From: Candidatus Heimdallarchaeota archaeon B3_Heim
GTDB taxonomy: Archaea; Asgardarchaeota; Heimdallarchaeia; Hodarchaeales; Hodarchaeaceae
Length of the DNA: 32,000 bases
Assembly: GCA_003144275.1 (NCBI GenBank)
Contig: NJBF01000004.1
Span: forward strand, 94,559-126,558
Direction of reading: 5' to 3'
The position numbers and the translations under genes are program-made. Under the pieces are notes generated by a model that saw only the letters and a list, made by a program, of their open reading frames with translations, ran no database searches and was not told where the DNA came from. Numbering within the stretch: the first letter of the stretch is position 1; each line of letters starts with the position of its first letter. Of the stretch, positions 18,407 to 28,912 are shown piece after piece.

Positions 18407-19019
18407 GAGCCTCAGGGAAAAGTAATAACCCAGCAGCAATAGCCCCTTTCTGAGCAAGGGAAAAAGACTCCGCAGTACCGACTATTACTACGATTTTTCC
18501 CCATGATAGACCTTGTGTCACTTTTTGAATCCGTTGCTTGACTTTTCTGGAAGTCAGAGGCGATGTAGGTAGGGGGGGATAAATAACATTCAGCAAATAG
18601 AATTTATCTCTTGCTTCTTGAAAAAAGACAGTACAACCCTTGGAACCGGCAAGTAAGGCCTCGTCACGAAGAACAACAGTATTTAGATAGTCAATTCCAG
18701 TCGCTTCCAGACAAACAACTGCATCTTTCGATCCGACTGTAAAATTAGCGCCAAAAGAAACGTGAATAGGCGAAATATGCATAATTTCCTCACATTTGGC
18801 CAAATAATCAGCCCCTTCTTGAGAGAGTGTATGCCCTTCACGACGACTAATTTTCTTAATGAGCTTCTTATCCACCAAGTGATGAATAATAGGGCGAGTT
18901 TGATCCTTTGTTAGACCGAGATGCTGAGCTAACCGATAACGGCCTAGATTTTGATAACGGGTAAATTGATGAAGAGAAAGATAGTGTTCTATGAAGGAAT
19001 GATCGCTCTTAAGACTCAT
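18384..19019 (-). CDS. Archaeal winged-helix protein, DUF4443-like
   Basis: LGRYRLAQHLGL...GHTLSQEG wHTH; C-terminal LRDEALLAGSKGCTV. Convergent 23-nt overlap with tsaA. Confidence 0.6.
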   Translation of the reverse strand: MSLKSDHSFIEHYLSLHQFTRYQNLGRYRLAQHLGLTKDQTRPIIHHLVDKKLIKKISRREGHTLSQEGADYLAKCEEIMHISPIHVSFGANFTVGSKDAVVCLEATGIDYLNTVVLRDEALLAGSKGCTVFFQEARDKFYLLNVIYPPLPTSPLTSRKVKQRIQKVTQGLSWGKIVVIVGTAESFSLAQKGAIAAGLLLFPEALKNVLLP

Positions 19020-19128
19020 ATTGTAATTATTCCTATTTGCAAATCACAAAATTCGAAGTGAACTTTGACAAATTGTTTCGAGGTCCACTGAGATTTCATT
19101 CAGGAAAGACTTTAATTGTTATCGATAC

Positions 19129-19494
19129 ATGGTAATTATCCTAGAAAGGTTAGGAGAAATATCAATGTATTACGCAGATGCGCTCAGTGACGGATTGGCA
19201 TGGTGGGGAGAAAAAATATGGATTTTCCTGCATGATTTACCCCCAACCGAGTGGGTCGAAGGAACAGAGTATACTCTAAAGATTCTCTTGTATCTATCAC
19301 CGATAATTATTTTCCACCTGCTTATATTCATTATTTTCAAGCTCCGTTCACGAAGAACAGAAGATAAATTGATGAAGCGATTTAAACTCGCGAAGCTCTC
19401 CTATGTGTGTCCACATTGCAACTATATTCCAGAATATGCCCCAAAAACGGGTGTTTTCTTTTGCCCAAAGTGTGGAAAAATGTCACATATTTGA
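19129..19494 (+). CDS. Small membrane protein with C-terminal Zn ribbon
   Basis: One TM helix, a basic patch, then CPHC-x12-CPKC. Confidence 0.6.
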   Translation: MVIILERLGEISMYYADALSDGLAWWGEKIWIFLHDLPPTEWVEGTEYTLKILLYLSPIIIFHLLIFIIFKLRSRRTEDKLMKRFKLAKLSYVCPHCNYIPEYAPKTGVFFCPKCGKMSHI

Positions 19495-19640
19495 ATAATA
19501 GGCATTCTCACTCAAATATGTAGAAACATTGGTTTATTACCTATCAGAATTCATTTGCGGTGTAAGACTTCAGCAATGAGTAGAAATTTTTTGAGAATAA
19601 GATTAATCAAATATAGATTATTGTAACTAAATGACTTAGA

Positions 19641-20636
19641 ATGACTACTTCTAATAAATATACAGCTTTAGAAGCTGTAATGAAACAACAGCTAACAATG
19701 GAAGTTCCTTATGCTGTATGGAAACATTTTGTTGAAGCAGATAGGACAGCAACAGGATTAGCAGAGGCTCAACTACAATTTCAAAAAGAATTTAATTCCG
19801 TCTTCATGAAAATCTCGCCCCATGGCAGCTATTGTGTTGTAGATTTTGGAGGTATTCTGGGAGGATATCGACCCATATCTGGGTCACGTATTTGTGAACG
19901 GGTACCTATTCTATCATTAGATGATTGGGAAACATTAGAACCTGTGGATCCAAATGAAGGGGAATTTGGAGAGCAAATAAAAGCAGTAAAAATTATAACT
20001 CGAGAAACAGAGGGGAAAGTACCCACTGTCATGACAGTTTTCTCTCCGTTCATGGTAGCTTCAAAGCTAGATCCAAATTTACTTGAAAACCTAAGTCAAG
20101 ATCGGGATTTACTCACCAGTCAACTAAAAATGCTGACCAAAGTTATGAATGACTTTTCACGATCTGCTCTCGATGCAGGTGCAGATGGATTATTTTTAGC
20201 TACACAGCATTTTAACGAACAATTACAATTAAATGATTTACAAGAATTTGAGTATCAACCAATGGAATCCATCTTATCAAGTAGTGAAAGGAAATCTTTT
20301 TTCAACATTCTCCACTTACATGGAGAGAACCCCTACTTTCGTATGGCAAGTGAATTGCCCGCGATTCATGCAATCAATTGGCATGATCAACAAACAAGCC
20401 CCGCATTAATGGAAGGTAGACAAGATTTTAATGGAGCACTCTTGGGAGGGTTAGATGAAATGGGAATGATACGAGAAGGATCGAGCACACAAATTCAAGA
20501 AGCCATTTATCAAATTTATCGGGAATTTGATGGTCGAGGGCTAATCTTTGCTCCAGGATGTGTTCTCCCTCAAAATTTTGCTGATGAACAAATAAATCAT
20601 GTCATAACGGCGATAGCGTCCTTACAGCCTATATAA
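19641..20636 (+). CDS. Uroporphyrinogen decarboxylase-family protein (function uncertain)
   Basis: TVFSPF, AGADGLFLATQ, ILHLHG, AINWHD, LLGGLD, LIFAPGCVLP. Confidence 0.8.
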   Translation: MTTSNKYTALEAVMKQQLTMEVPYAVWKHFVEADRTATGLAEAQLQFQKEFNSVFMKISPHGSYCVVDFGGILGGYRPISGSRICERVPILSLDDWETLEPVDPNEGEFGEQIKAVKIITRETEGKVPTVMTVFSPFMVASKLDPNLLENLSQDRDLLTSQLKMLTKVMNDFSRSALDAGADGLFLATQHFNEQLQLNDLQEFEYQPMESILSSSERKSFFNILHLHGENPYFRMASELPAIHAINWHDQQTSPALMEGRQDFNGALLGGLDEMGMIREGSSTQIQEAIYQIYREFDGRGLIFAPGCVLPQNFADEQINHVITAIASLQPI

Positions 20637-20643
20637 TCACCAA

Positions 20644-23601
20644 TTACCCTAAAATTTTTTCTGGAAGATGCTTGGAATAAATTTCATTGACTTTTTGGCT
20701 GGCTTTAACCACAATTACAATGAGATTAGAGAAGAGAATTGCCATTACAAGCCAAAAATCAACACGGGGACTAATAATTACCCCACCGATGTTGATATGT
20801 TGAAAATTAGGGAGAATGGTCATTCCCCACATTCCAAGAATGCTTCCACTGAGGCTGGCAATAAAACCAAGAGTTGCTAGTTGCAAAACAAGACTAAAAG
20901 TAATTTGTTGACGATTTGCTCCTAAATATTGAAAAGTAATTATCGTACGCTCATTTGCCACAATTGGATGAGAAATAACTGAAGCAATACTTAATAATGA
21001 TAAAACAGAAACTATAATCACTATAGTCGTCAATGTTGTAGTAATTAGAGAAAGAGTAGAAGACAGAAATCCAGAAACAAATTCGGATGACCATACTACT
21101 GAAAAACTGCTATCTTGCCAAAATGCGTATTTCCCTGAAGTTAAAATTGGTCCATTAGTATCAATTCGAATTAGGATCTCAGATTCATGATCAACAAATG
21201 AAATCAATTGCTTAGGATAGATTTCTTCATTATGGGTTACAACTAAGGAATAATTACCCCATGGAATTCCTAATAGTCGAATTTCACCTGCAGTATCAGT
21301 GAATACCTTAATTTCAGTATTATAAAAATCATTTCGGAGAACTACGAAAGCCAGATCAAGATTTTGATAAAATTGATTCTCAAATGTAAGATAAAGATCG
21401 CCACTCAACTCTATTGTTATGTTCAACCACAATATCTGACTTTCAGTTAAATTTTGAATATGAAGAGATGAAAAACCCAGTGTGGTAAGCTCAATCGTGT
21501 AATTTCCAATAGGTACAATGAACTCAGCCATCCCTGATCTATTTGTAAGCAAAGTGAAAAGTTGTCCAGAAGAATCAGCAACTGATACTTCTATATTATT
21601 GATAGGAGAACTACTTACAGACTGAGTCAGGAGGGTCACACGAACCTTACCAAGATTTATATCAATGTGAGTTGTTTGATTGTATACTAATACATAACCA
21701 TTCCAACTGAAAATATCTTTAGATACCGAGATACTATAATTTCCTGGATCGGGAAAAGAAAACTGAACGTCTCCTGTGCTATTTGTCAATCCAAATGCTA
21801 CTAAACTCTCATTATCCCTTATCTCAAGATAAGATTCATCTAGACCGTTTGTATGGGGATCAAAGCTCGTTCCATTTCTTACACGTATATTCAATTTGTA
21901 TTCGTCATAGAAATCGATAACAAGAGACAGAAAATTTGTAAAAGTGACAACACGTGTGTGAATTTTACTTTGATTGTCGATTAAAGATATAATAATTGAA
22001 TAATTTAAACCCACGTTTAAAACAAATACACTCGTCCCGTTAGTATCAGTAAGTTGCGAAATAATTGTATTATTAGGCCAGCGAACCGATATATTTGCAG
22101 AAACACCATTCTGTTGGGAATTTCGAATCCACAGATGTAATTCATCAGCTCCTAAAATAATAGTGCGACGAATTAACCCCTCAATTGAGATGTTAAATGC
22201 GTGGAGATAACTAGAATATTTGTATATGACCCGATATGGCCCTGGCTCAAGATAGATTGAAGTATTACTCAAATAATTTGCTGTATGATAAATTTGTGTC
22301 CCATTAGGAAGAAGGATAGTGAAATTTCCCCCATTAATCTCGAGACCTGCAGTATAATTCCTTACAACTAATGAAAAAGAGCTATCAATATTGATAGATA
22401 CTAATGTAGATTGGGTTACATGATATAATGAATAGTAGGAGAGATTTTGATAATATACTGCAAGGTTGTATGCTTTATCAGGAACATTTGGGAAAAATAC
22501 AACTCCTGATTCATTAGTCCTACCAGAGTAAATACCTTGATTACTAAAACGCTCGATTACGTTAACTGTAGCATTGAAAGCTAGATTAGAATTATGCAAA
22601 ACCTTTATCGCAAGATCATGGAAGGTGCTACCGATAGATATAACAAAAGGAGTATAAAAAAACTGATTGACAAAGACACGAAGAACATTACTTTGACCTG
22701 TACTCGGAGGAGAGGCGACAAATTCATAAGTTCCGAATCGGAGATGAAAAAAAGTAATATTTCCCGATTCAATATATTGGGTTTTGACATGTTGACCATA
22801 GGGAGTATAGGCAATAATTGGTATGTCTTGGAAGGTACTTTTTAATTCTGGATCATCAGTGGATAAAGAGATAGGGACTAAATATTCTTGTGTCAGATGC
22901 TCGGATACGTCCTCTTTTGATATAACATTGGTATCAATAAGCACTTGTAAGAATGATACAAATCCAGTACTCTTACCAGTCATAGTTTGACCTAGAGATA
23001 ATGAAACTATCAATTCTTCATCACTAGGAGAGTCAGATCGTAAGATACCAGTTATTACAACTTCTATAACAGTCTCATCCAATGTACAGGCAAGTTGGAG
23101 AGTATCGCCTACAGAAAGTCCCAAATTATCCGCTAAAATGTACCCTACCATGGCTCCATTAATCACCGTCTTGCTAGAATGACCAAACCTTGGATCAAAC
23201 CATGAACCTCTGATAACTTGGGTTGAAACAAGAGAAGTAAAATTAAATGTCACTCCACGAACAACAACTGATTTATCAGCCAAGTTCTGGGCCACTGATA
23301 AACCAAGTGTTTCAGGACTGATCGTAAGAACGCCTCGTATCTTTTGAATATCTTGTTGAAGTGATAATGGGACTTGGCCTGTGAAAGGAGTTGTAATTCC
23401 AGGTTGAGTGACAACAATAATATTTTCACTTTCACCAAGGAAAAACTCCTCTGCACCCACCCCCAACATGAAGGCACCGATTGAGCCTGAAGTAACAGAT
23501 ACGAAAATTATCCCTAGAATGAATAGCCAAAGATCCTTGAATGAAAAGATCTTGATTCGAGCTAAATTTGTACTTTTAGGGGGTGAGAATTGTTGTAACA
23601 C
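20644..23601 (-). CDS. FtsX/MacB-type ABC permease with a ~600-aa extracellular insertion of repeated beta-sandwich-like units
   Basis: TM1, MacB periplasmic-core-like region (VVVRGV, AMVGYILADNLGLSVGD), repeats, then three C-terminal TM helices with ERTIITFQYLGANRQQI. Probable GTG start at 23601 after a GGAG and the upstream stop. Confidence 0.8.
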   Translation of the reverse strand: MLQQFSPPKSTNLARIKIFSFKDLWLFILGIIFVSVTSGSIGAFMLGVGAEEFFLGESENIIVVTQPGITTPFTGQVPLSLQQDIQKIRGVLTISPETLGLSVAQNLADKSVVVRGVTFNFTSLVSTQVIRGSWFDPRFGHSSKTVINGAMVGYILADNLGLSVGDTLQLACTLDETVIEVVITGILRSDSPSDEELIVSLSLGQTMTGKSTGFVSFLQVLIDTNVISKEDVSEHLTQEYLVPISLSTDDPELKSTFQDIPIIAYTPYGQHVKTQYIESGNITFFHLRFGTYEFVASPPSTGQSNVLRVFVNQFFYTPFVISIGSTFHDLAIKVLHNSNLAFNATVNVIERFSNQGIYSGRTNESGVVFFPNVPDKAYNLAVYYQNLSYYSLYHVTQSTLVSINIDSSFSLVVRNYTAGLEINGGNFTILLPNGTQIYHTANYLSNTSIYLEPGPYRVIYKYSSYLHAFNISIEGLIRRTIILGADELHLWIRNSQQNGVSANISVRWPNNTIISQLTDTNGTSVFVLNVGLNYSIIISLIDNQSKIHTRVVTFTNFLSLVIDFYDEYKLNIRVRNGTSFDPHTNGLDESYLEIRDNESLVAFGLTNSTGDVQFSFPDPGNYSISVSKDIFSWNGYVLVYNQTTHIDINLGKVRVTLLTQSVSSSPINNIEVSVADSSGQLFTLLTNRSGMAEFIVPIGNYTIELTTLGFSSLHIQNLTESQILWLNITIELSGDLYLTFENQFYQNLDLAFVVLRNDFYNTEIKVFTDTAGEIRLLGIPWGNYSLVVTHNEEIYPKQLISFVDHESEILIRIDTNGPILTSGKYAFWQDSSFSVVWSSEFVSGFLSSTLSLITTTLTTIVIIVSVLSLLSIASVISHPIVANERTIITFQYLGANRQQITFSLVLQLATLGFIASLSGSILGMWGMTILPNFQHINIGGVIISPRVDFWLVMAILFSNLIVIVVKASQKVNEIYSKHLPEKILG

Positions 23602-23605
23602 TATG

Positions 23606-24787
23606 TTAACTCTCCAAGCCCCGTGTGTTAATAGAAAGTCGATTAGGTTTGGTAAACGAAAGTCGGATTGCAGGAAATGCAGCTGCAACAACAATGATGA
23701 AATTTGAAAGAATAAACGTAAGAATAATAATGGATAGTGAGAAATCAGGGATGATATAACTTCCTTGGAAGAATAACGTTAGGATCGAGAAAATGATAGA
23801 AGGAGTGATTAAACCAAGCATGAGTCCAATTATTAATCCCACATTCCCCACTATTAATGCCAAAATTCCAACTATTGTAAATAATTGGACAGAGGATAGT
23901 CCACAAGCCTTCATAATTAGGAAATCCCGTTCATAATTTGTTAAAAACCATGAGATTGAATGGAAAATCCTAATTAGTGCGATGATGAAAAGAACAACAA
24001 ATAAGAGATTAAGTTGCTCAAGAATATCCGAAAACATGCTCGCGGTAAAAATATCTGCTTGTTTTTCTGGTCTAATAATTAAGTTGGGAAATTGATTATC
24101 CAATGAAGTTTGCAAATCTGTTATGGTTTCATGTGCAAAAGCACCATTCTTCAGTAAAATTTTTATTAACTGATAACCATGAATGGCTGAAGTACTGTTA
24201 AAAACCCTAAGATAATCAGTTATATCCAGAATAACGGTATATTGTAGCTCTTTCATATTTTGGACAATACCTGCAACGTATAGATTCATTGATACGTTTC
24301 TATCAGGATGATTAATAAAAACATCCAAAGATGGCAAAAAATTCTGTAATTCCTTGCCAATTAAACATTCAATAGAAGTGTTACGCGATTTTGGCAAAGT
24401 ACCACCAATCAATTCACCTTGAGAATAAAAATCGAAGAGAGTAGAGAGATTTGTCCCTAGGATTTTCACAGTGAAGGAAGAATTAAGGCTAATAAGTTCA
24501 ATTGTTTCTTCCATTAAGGGTAATATAACATCTATATTAGTATGGTTCAACATAGAAGGAAGAGTAGTCGGAAGAGGGGCAGAAGGGAAAGAAGGGGCAA
24601 TGTACAAGCTTTGGGAATCCCCAGCCTTGGCTGTAATACCAAAGATCTGGGAAGAAAAACCCGAAACAACACCTGAAACAGCAATAATCATAGCAATAAT
24701 TAAAGCGAAACCCATAATAGAACGAAAAGAGTGTTTTTGACTACGTCCAATGATTCTAAGGATAAAATGAAAGTACAATAAAAACAC
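23606..24787 (-). CDS. FtsX/MacB-type ABC permease (short partner)
   Basis: N-terminal TM, extracellular domain, ERDFLIMKACGLSSVQL, three C-terminal TM helices, AAAFPA. Confidence 0.8.
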   Translation of the reverse strand: MFLLYFHFILRIIGRSQKHSFRSIMGFALIIAMIIAVSGVVSGFSSQIFGITAKAGDSQSLYIAPSFPSAPLPTTLPSMLNHTNIDVILPLMEETIELISLNSSFTVKILGTNLSTLFDFYSQGELIGGTLPKSRNTSIECLIGKELQNFLPSLDVFINHPDRNVSMNLYVAGIVQNMKELQYTVILDITDYLRVFNSTSAIHGYQLIKILLKNGAFAHETITDLQTSLDNQFPNLIIRPEKQADIFTASMFSDILEQLNLLFVVLFIIALIRIFHSISWFLTNYERDFLIMKACGLSSVQLFTIVGILALIVGNVGLIIGLMLGLITPSIIFSILTLFFQGSYIIPDFSLSIIILTFILSNFIIVVAAAFPAIRLSFTKPNRLSINTRGLES

Positions 24788-25001
24788 ATACTTAAACGGA
24801 TTAGTTTAATATACAACAGATAGAATAATTAAAATCTTTGCTTATGTTTTGAATGATTGATAATAATATGCAGCTCAAGTACACTTAAATTCACAAAATA
24901 ATTCATAATATTGAATTATAAGAAATAATTTCTGCCAAGCAAGAAATATTTAGTCCTTATCAGACAAAGTTTTTGCTCGAAGAGTCTACTAGGGAAAAGT
25001 A

Positions 25002-27350
25002 ATGATATCTATACTCGATCTCCTACCGATATTGACGATATTTTCGATAGGAGCTGTTGCGTGGAAGGGAATAACCGTAATTTTTCCCACTGATATGAGA
25101 AAAACAGAATTGTATAATATTTTTCTGATATGTGGAACAATAATACTAGTTTTTCCATTAATGCTGATAGGAATACAGGAGGAAGGAGCAGTAAAAATTG
25201 TAACTAGTACAATTTCTATTACAATAATTAATTTTCAGGGATGGAGTCTATTATATTTCTTTGTAGGATTGATCACAGCAATATTCTTTGGTTATAAGCT
25301 ACTCAGAAAGCTACTTGCTAATCTCGAGAATTTTCAATTCCGAAAAGAAACATTTGCTAACTATCAGATAATATTGTTAACTTTTTTATTATTGGATTAT
25401 CTATTTATTCAGGTAGTACTCCCTTTACGAGGATTTGATGCCTTATACTATTATTTACCAGAAACAGAAGTATTTTATCAAGCGAATCGAATTACTGAAT
25501 TTAATTATCTATCATTTTTACCAGTAACTAAAAGTCCACTTAATGTATTACTGTACGTATATTCTCTATATACCACAGGTGAATTAGCTATTCAGCTAAT
25601 GCCATTTATTTTTCTGGTAGGAATAGTCTTTTTAGTTTATGATTTTGCATTAGAATTCTTTGATAATAAATCCTTAGCTCGAACTGCAGCAATCTTTACT
25701 TTAGTTTTTCCACTTGCATATTGGCTAATGAATTACTGGGCGTTTTACCAGGATCTATACCTGTGCTATTTCTTTTCAGCTAGCTGTTATTTTAGCTGGA
25801 AATGGTATAAAAGTCCATCAAATCACGGATATGCACTATTAATAGGCTTTGCTATAATCAATACAATATTATCGAAAATTACTGGTTGGGTTTTGTTGAT
25901 TGTTTTATTGCTCTGGATACCAACTCAAACACGATATAAATATATTAGATTAGGCACTGTAGTAATACTGGGAATGTTTTTATGTATACAAGCAGCTACT
26001 CGTATTTATATTGGTGCAATACTGCCAGTTTCTATCGCATTCATCTTAACAGGGTTTTTAATCGTAAAGGAACATGATCCCATTAATCCAAGAAAAATAG
26101 TTAATTATAGTCCATTGATATTCGGTATAGTCCTAGGTGGGATGTGGTTAATGGATCGGATGAGCTTATCAGCTTCGGTTTGGTACGAAATAAGTGAATT
26201 ATACTTCAAGGTATCACATTCAATTATCTGGACATATCCTACACAACCACAAGATCCACTTCTTTTTACTCTAGAAACCGTCCATAGGGCTAATTTTATT
26301 TCTGCAGCAGGATTTTTATTTTTGAGCTCTGCATTCGTTCTACCATGGGCATTCTTGAAAGTATCAGCATTAGTTGAGTATAAGAAAATCTCCCCACTAC
26401 TCATTTGGGTTCTAGTTTTTTTTGGTATATGGACAACTTACTACCTAACTAATTCAATTCGATACCTTGTTCCTATTATTGTACCAATTATTCTAATTAT
26501 TACTTGGGGATCTCACCAATTCTATCAGAAACTAAATGTATACATTTCAAATGAGTTCTATATATCTATTATTGCTTTCATGGGCTGTTTCAACATCTAT
26601 TATTTAATTTCAAGTGACTTGTTAGTACTAAACGAACAAACACAGGTTGAGATTGGGAAAAACTATAATCAAGCTGCTCTTAGCTATTATAACCATCCTG
26701 AGATATTAGTTGTCCAAATAATTATGTTTACATTTATTATGTTGTTAATGACAAATATAAATCGTAAAATACCTTCGATTCAAGGAATGAAGCGATTTTC
26801 AAAAATAAAACTCTACAGAGTGACTTTTATCATCGTGATAATTATTCCAATTGCTGTTCAATCTTATCTACTAATATATACCCAAGGGGACTTTGAACAA
26901 TTTCATGCTATCCATGAATATGAGTATAGGCCTGAATATCAAGAAGTAGTAACAGTAATTCAGCAACAAAACCAACCCCTTTCAGGAATTATGACCGTTA
27001 GAATGCCTGGGTTGCAGTTGTTCACAAAACAACCAGTAATCGATATTTATTATCAGAATACTTTCTTTGTGGGGGATCCCTTTTTCACGAATACCAATTT
27101 AACAGAATTAATTAATATCCTACACGACCCTCTGAGTTATACTATCCAAATTGGAGAAACAACTACTTATCAATTTTCTATTAGATATATCATTGTACCA
27201 TCCACTAAGAATATATATTATAATATTTATATAACCCAAATTAAAGCAAATTCGGTACTTTTCAAAAGCTTGGAACAAAATGACCAATCCTTTAATCTTT
27301 TGTTTTTGAATTCTGATTATAAAATTTTTGAATTGATTTTTTTGGAGTAG
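25002..27350 (+). CDS. Multi-pass membrane glycosyltransferase, GT-C fold (ArnT/PMT-like)
   Basis: More than 12 hydrophobic segments; GFDALYYYLP loop motif, YQDLY, SKITG, RYLVP; soluble C-terminal domain. Confidence 0.6.
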   Translation: MISILDLLPILTIFSIGAVAWKGITVIFPTDMRKTELYNIFLICGTIILVFPLMLIGIQEEGAVKIVTSTISITIINFQGWSLLYFFVGLITAIFFGYKLLRKLLANLENFQFRKETFANYQIILLTFLLLDYLFIQVVLPLRGFDALYYYLPETEVFYQANRITEFNYLSFLPVTKSPLNVLLYVYSLYTTGELAIQLMPFIFLVGIVFLVYDFALEFFDNKSLARTAAIFTLVFPLAYWLMNYWAFYQDLYLCYFFSASCYFSWKWYKSPSNHGYALLIGFAIINTILSKITGWVLLIVLLLWIPTQTRYKYIRLGTVVILGMFLCIQAATRIYIGAILPVSIAFILTGFLIVKEHDPINPRKIVNYSPLIFGIVLGGMWLMDRMSLSASVWYEISELYFKVSHSIIWTYPTQPQDPLLFTLETVHRANFISAAGFLFLSSAFVLPWAFLKVSALVEYKKISPLLIWVLVFFGIWTTYYLTNSIRYLVPIIVPIILIITWGSHQFYQKLNVYISNEFYISIIAFMGCFNIYYLISSDLLVLNEQTQVEIGKNYNQAALSYYNHPEILVVQIIMFTFIMLLMTNINRKIPSIQGMKRFSKIKLYRVTFIIVIIIPIAVQSYLLIYTQGDFEQFHAIHEYEYRPEYQEVVTVIQQQNQPLSGIMTVRMPGLQLFTKQPVIDIYYQNTFFVGDPFFTNTNLTELINILHDPLSYTIQIGETTTYQFSIRYIIVPSTKNIYYNIYITQIKANSVLFKSLEQNDQSFNLLFLNSDYKIFELIFLE

Positions 27351-27496
27351 AAAGACATTATTTTTTTTTAAGATATTTGAGTCAGTTTTAATGCATATCT
27401 CAAAAATAAAGAAAATAAATTTCAGATACTAGTCTTTTCATACAAAACTTAGCAAATTAGAAAATCTATTAAATTTTTAAAAAGGAGACACTTGAT

Positions 27497-28447
27497 ATGT
27501 CAATTTTCATATCTGGTGGTGCAGGTTTTATTGGTAGTCATTTGGCCGAGACTCTTTCAAAAAAAGATGAGAAAATAACTATCTATGATAATTTTTCAGC
27601 AGGACGATTTAACAATAAATTGTTAGAAAATTTTCCAAATATCAGGATAATTGATGGTGATATAACAGATTATCCTAAGTTGAATGATGCAATGAAAGGC
27701 TGTGTTAAGATTTATCATCTAGCTGCGTTGAATCGGGCTCCTCGAAGCATAGAAAATCCATTTCTTTCAAATAGTGTTAATATTACTGGAACATTAAACC
27801 TACTAGAAATCGCTAGGAAAATGGATATAAAGGATTTTGCTTTTTCATCCAGCTCATCTGTTTATGGGTTATCTGAACAATTTCCAAGAAAGGAGGATGG
27901 CAAGACAATCCCAACTCACCCTTATGGAGTTGGTAAATTATCCTCTGAATATTACTGTAACGTTTATCATCAACTTTATGGAATTAATGTTGTAATACTT
28001 AGATATTTTGCGGTTTATGGACCACGTCAGTCACCAAATATGAAATATTCTGCAGTAATTCCTATATTTATTAAAGCTTTCTTATCAGGAAAAACAATAG
28101 CCGTATATGGTGACGGTGAACAAAAAAGGAACTTTACATATGTATCAGATACGATAAATGCTACAATTAAGGCAATGAAATTAAATAAAGGGGGATATAA
28201 GATTATTAACATAGCAAATCATAATGAAGTTACCCTTAATGAGATATTAGAACGTTTAAAAGAAATTTCAGGTAGAAAACCAGATGTTGCTTACAAACCT
28301 TTTAGGAAAGGAGATGTTAAAAGGGCAAATCCAGATTTATCAAGAATGAATTTTGATCTTGGTTATCAAGCTCAGAACAATATTGAAAGTGGATTGAGAA
28401 AAACGTTTGAGTGGTATCAGAAACACCCAAGATATTTTGACGTATAG
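27497..28447 (+). CDS. NAD-dependent nucleotide-sugar epimerase/dehydratase (GalE/WbpP-like)
   Basis: GGAGFIGS, SSSSVYG, YGVGK (YxxxK), RYFAVYGPRQ, RNFTYV; GGAG SD motif. Confidence 0.9.
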   Translation: MSIFISGGAGFIGSHLAETLSKKDEKITIYDNFSAGRFNNKLLENFPNIRIIDGDITDYPKLNDAMKGCVKIYHLAALNRAPRSIENPFLSNSVNITGTLNLLEIARKMDIKDFAFSSSSSVYGLSEQFPRKEDGKTIPTHPYGVGKLSSEYYCNVYHQLYGINVVILRYFAVYGPRQSPNMKYSAVIPIFIKAFLSGKTIAVYGDGEQKRNFTYVSDTINATIKAMKLNKGGYKIINIANHNEVTLNEILERLKEISGRKPDVAYKPFRKGDVKRANPDLSRMNFDLGYQAQNNIESGLRKTFEWYQKHPRYFDV

Positions 28448-28470
28448 ATTGAGAATAAAGGTGTCCGAAA

Positions 28471-28762
28471 TTGTATAAATCGAAGCGTATTGGTGTAGAA
28501 ATACATACTTAGTAAAATGATCTCATCTGTATCAGATTATTTTGATAGCATAATTGTAGTCAATGATGGTTCAAGCGATAAAACAGAAGAAATTGTAATT
28601 ATAAACAATGGTTCAAGAATTGTATTAGTCTCTCACTCATCAAACCTTGGAGTTGGTGGTACAATTGCGTCAGGAAATCAAATATTCATTAAAGAAGAAC
28701 TCGATATTGTAGTTATACTCGCTAGTGATAATCAAATACAAAAAGGAATTCCGAGTATTTAG
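28471..28762 (+). pseudogene. GT2 (Dol-P-mannose synthase-like) glycosyltransferase pseudogene
   Basis: TTG start gives MYKSKRIGV, then stop TAG at 28510. The sequence resumes in another frame with IIVVNDGSSDKT and NLGVGGTI and stops again at 28762. Confidence 0.7.
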
Positions 28763-28912
28763 GAGCAATTAAACCGCGAATCACTTCGTTGGAGAAGTAG
28801 TAGACGATGAACTGGATGGATTTCAGTATTTAGGAGAAAAAGCTTAAAAGATAAACGATCTGGCTAATTTGAGCAGTTAGTTTTATACTGTGTAATTTAA
28901 ACAAATCTTAAG

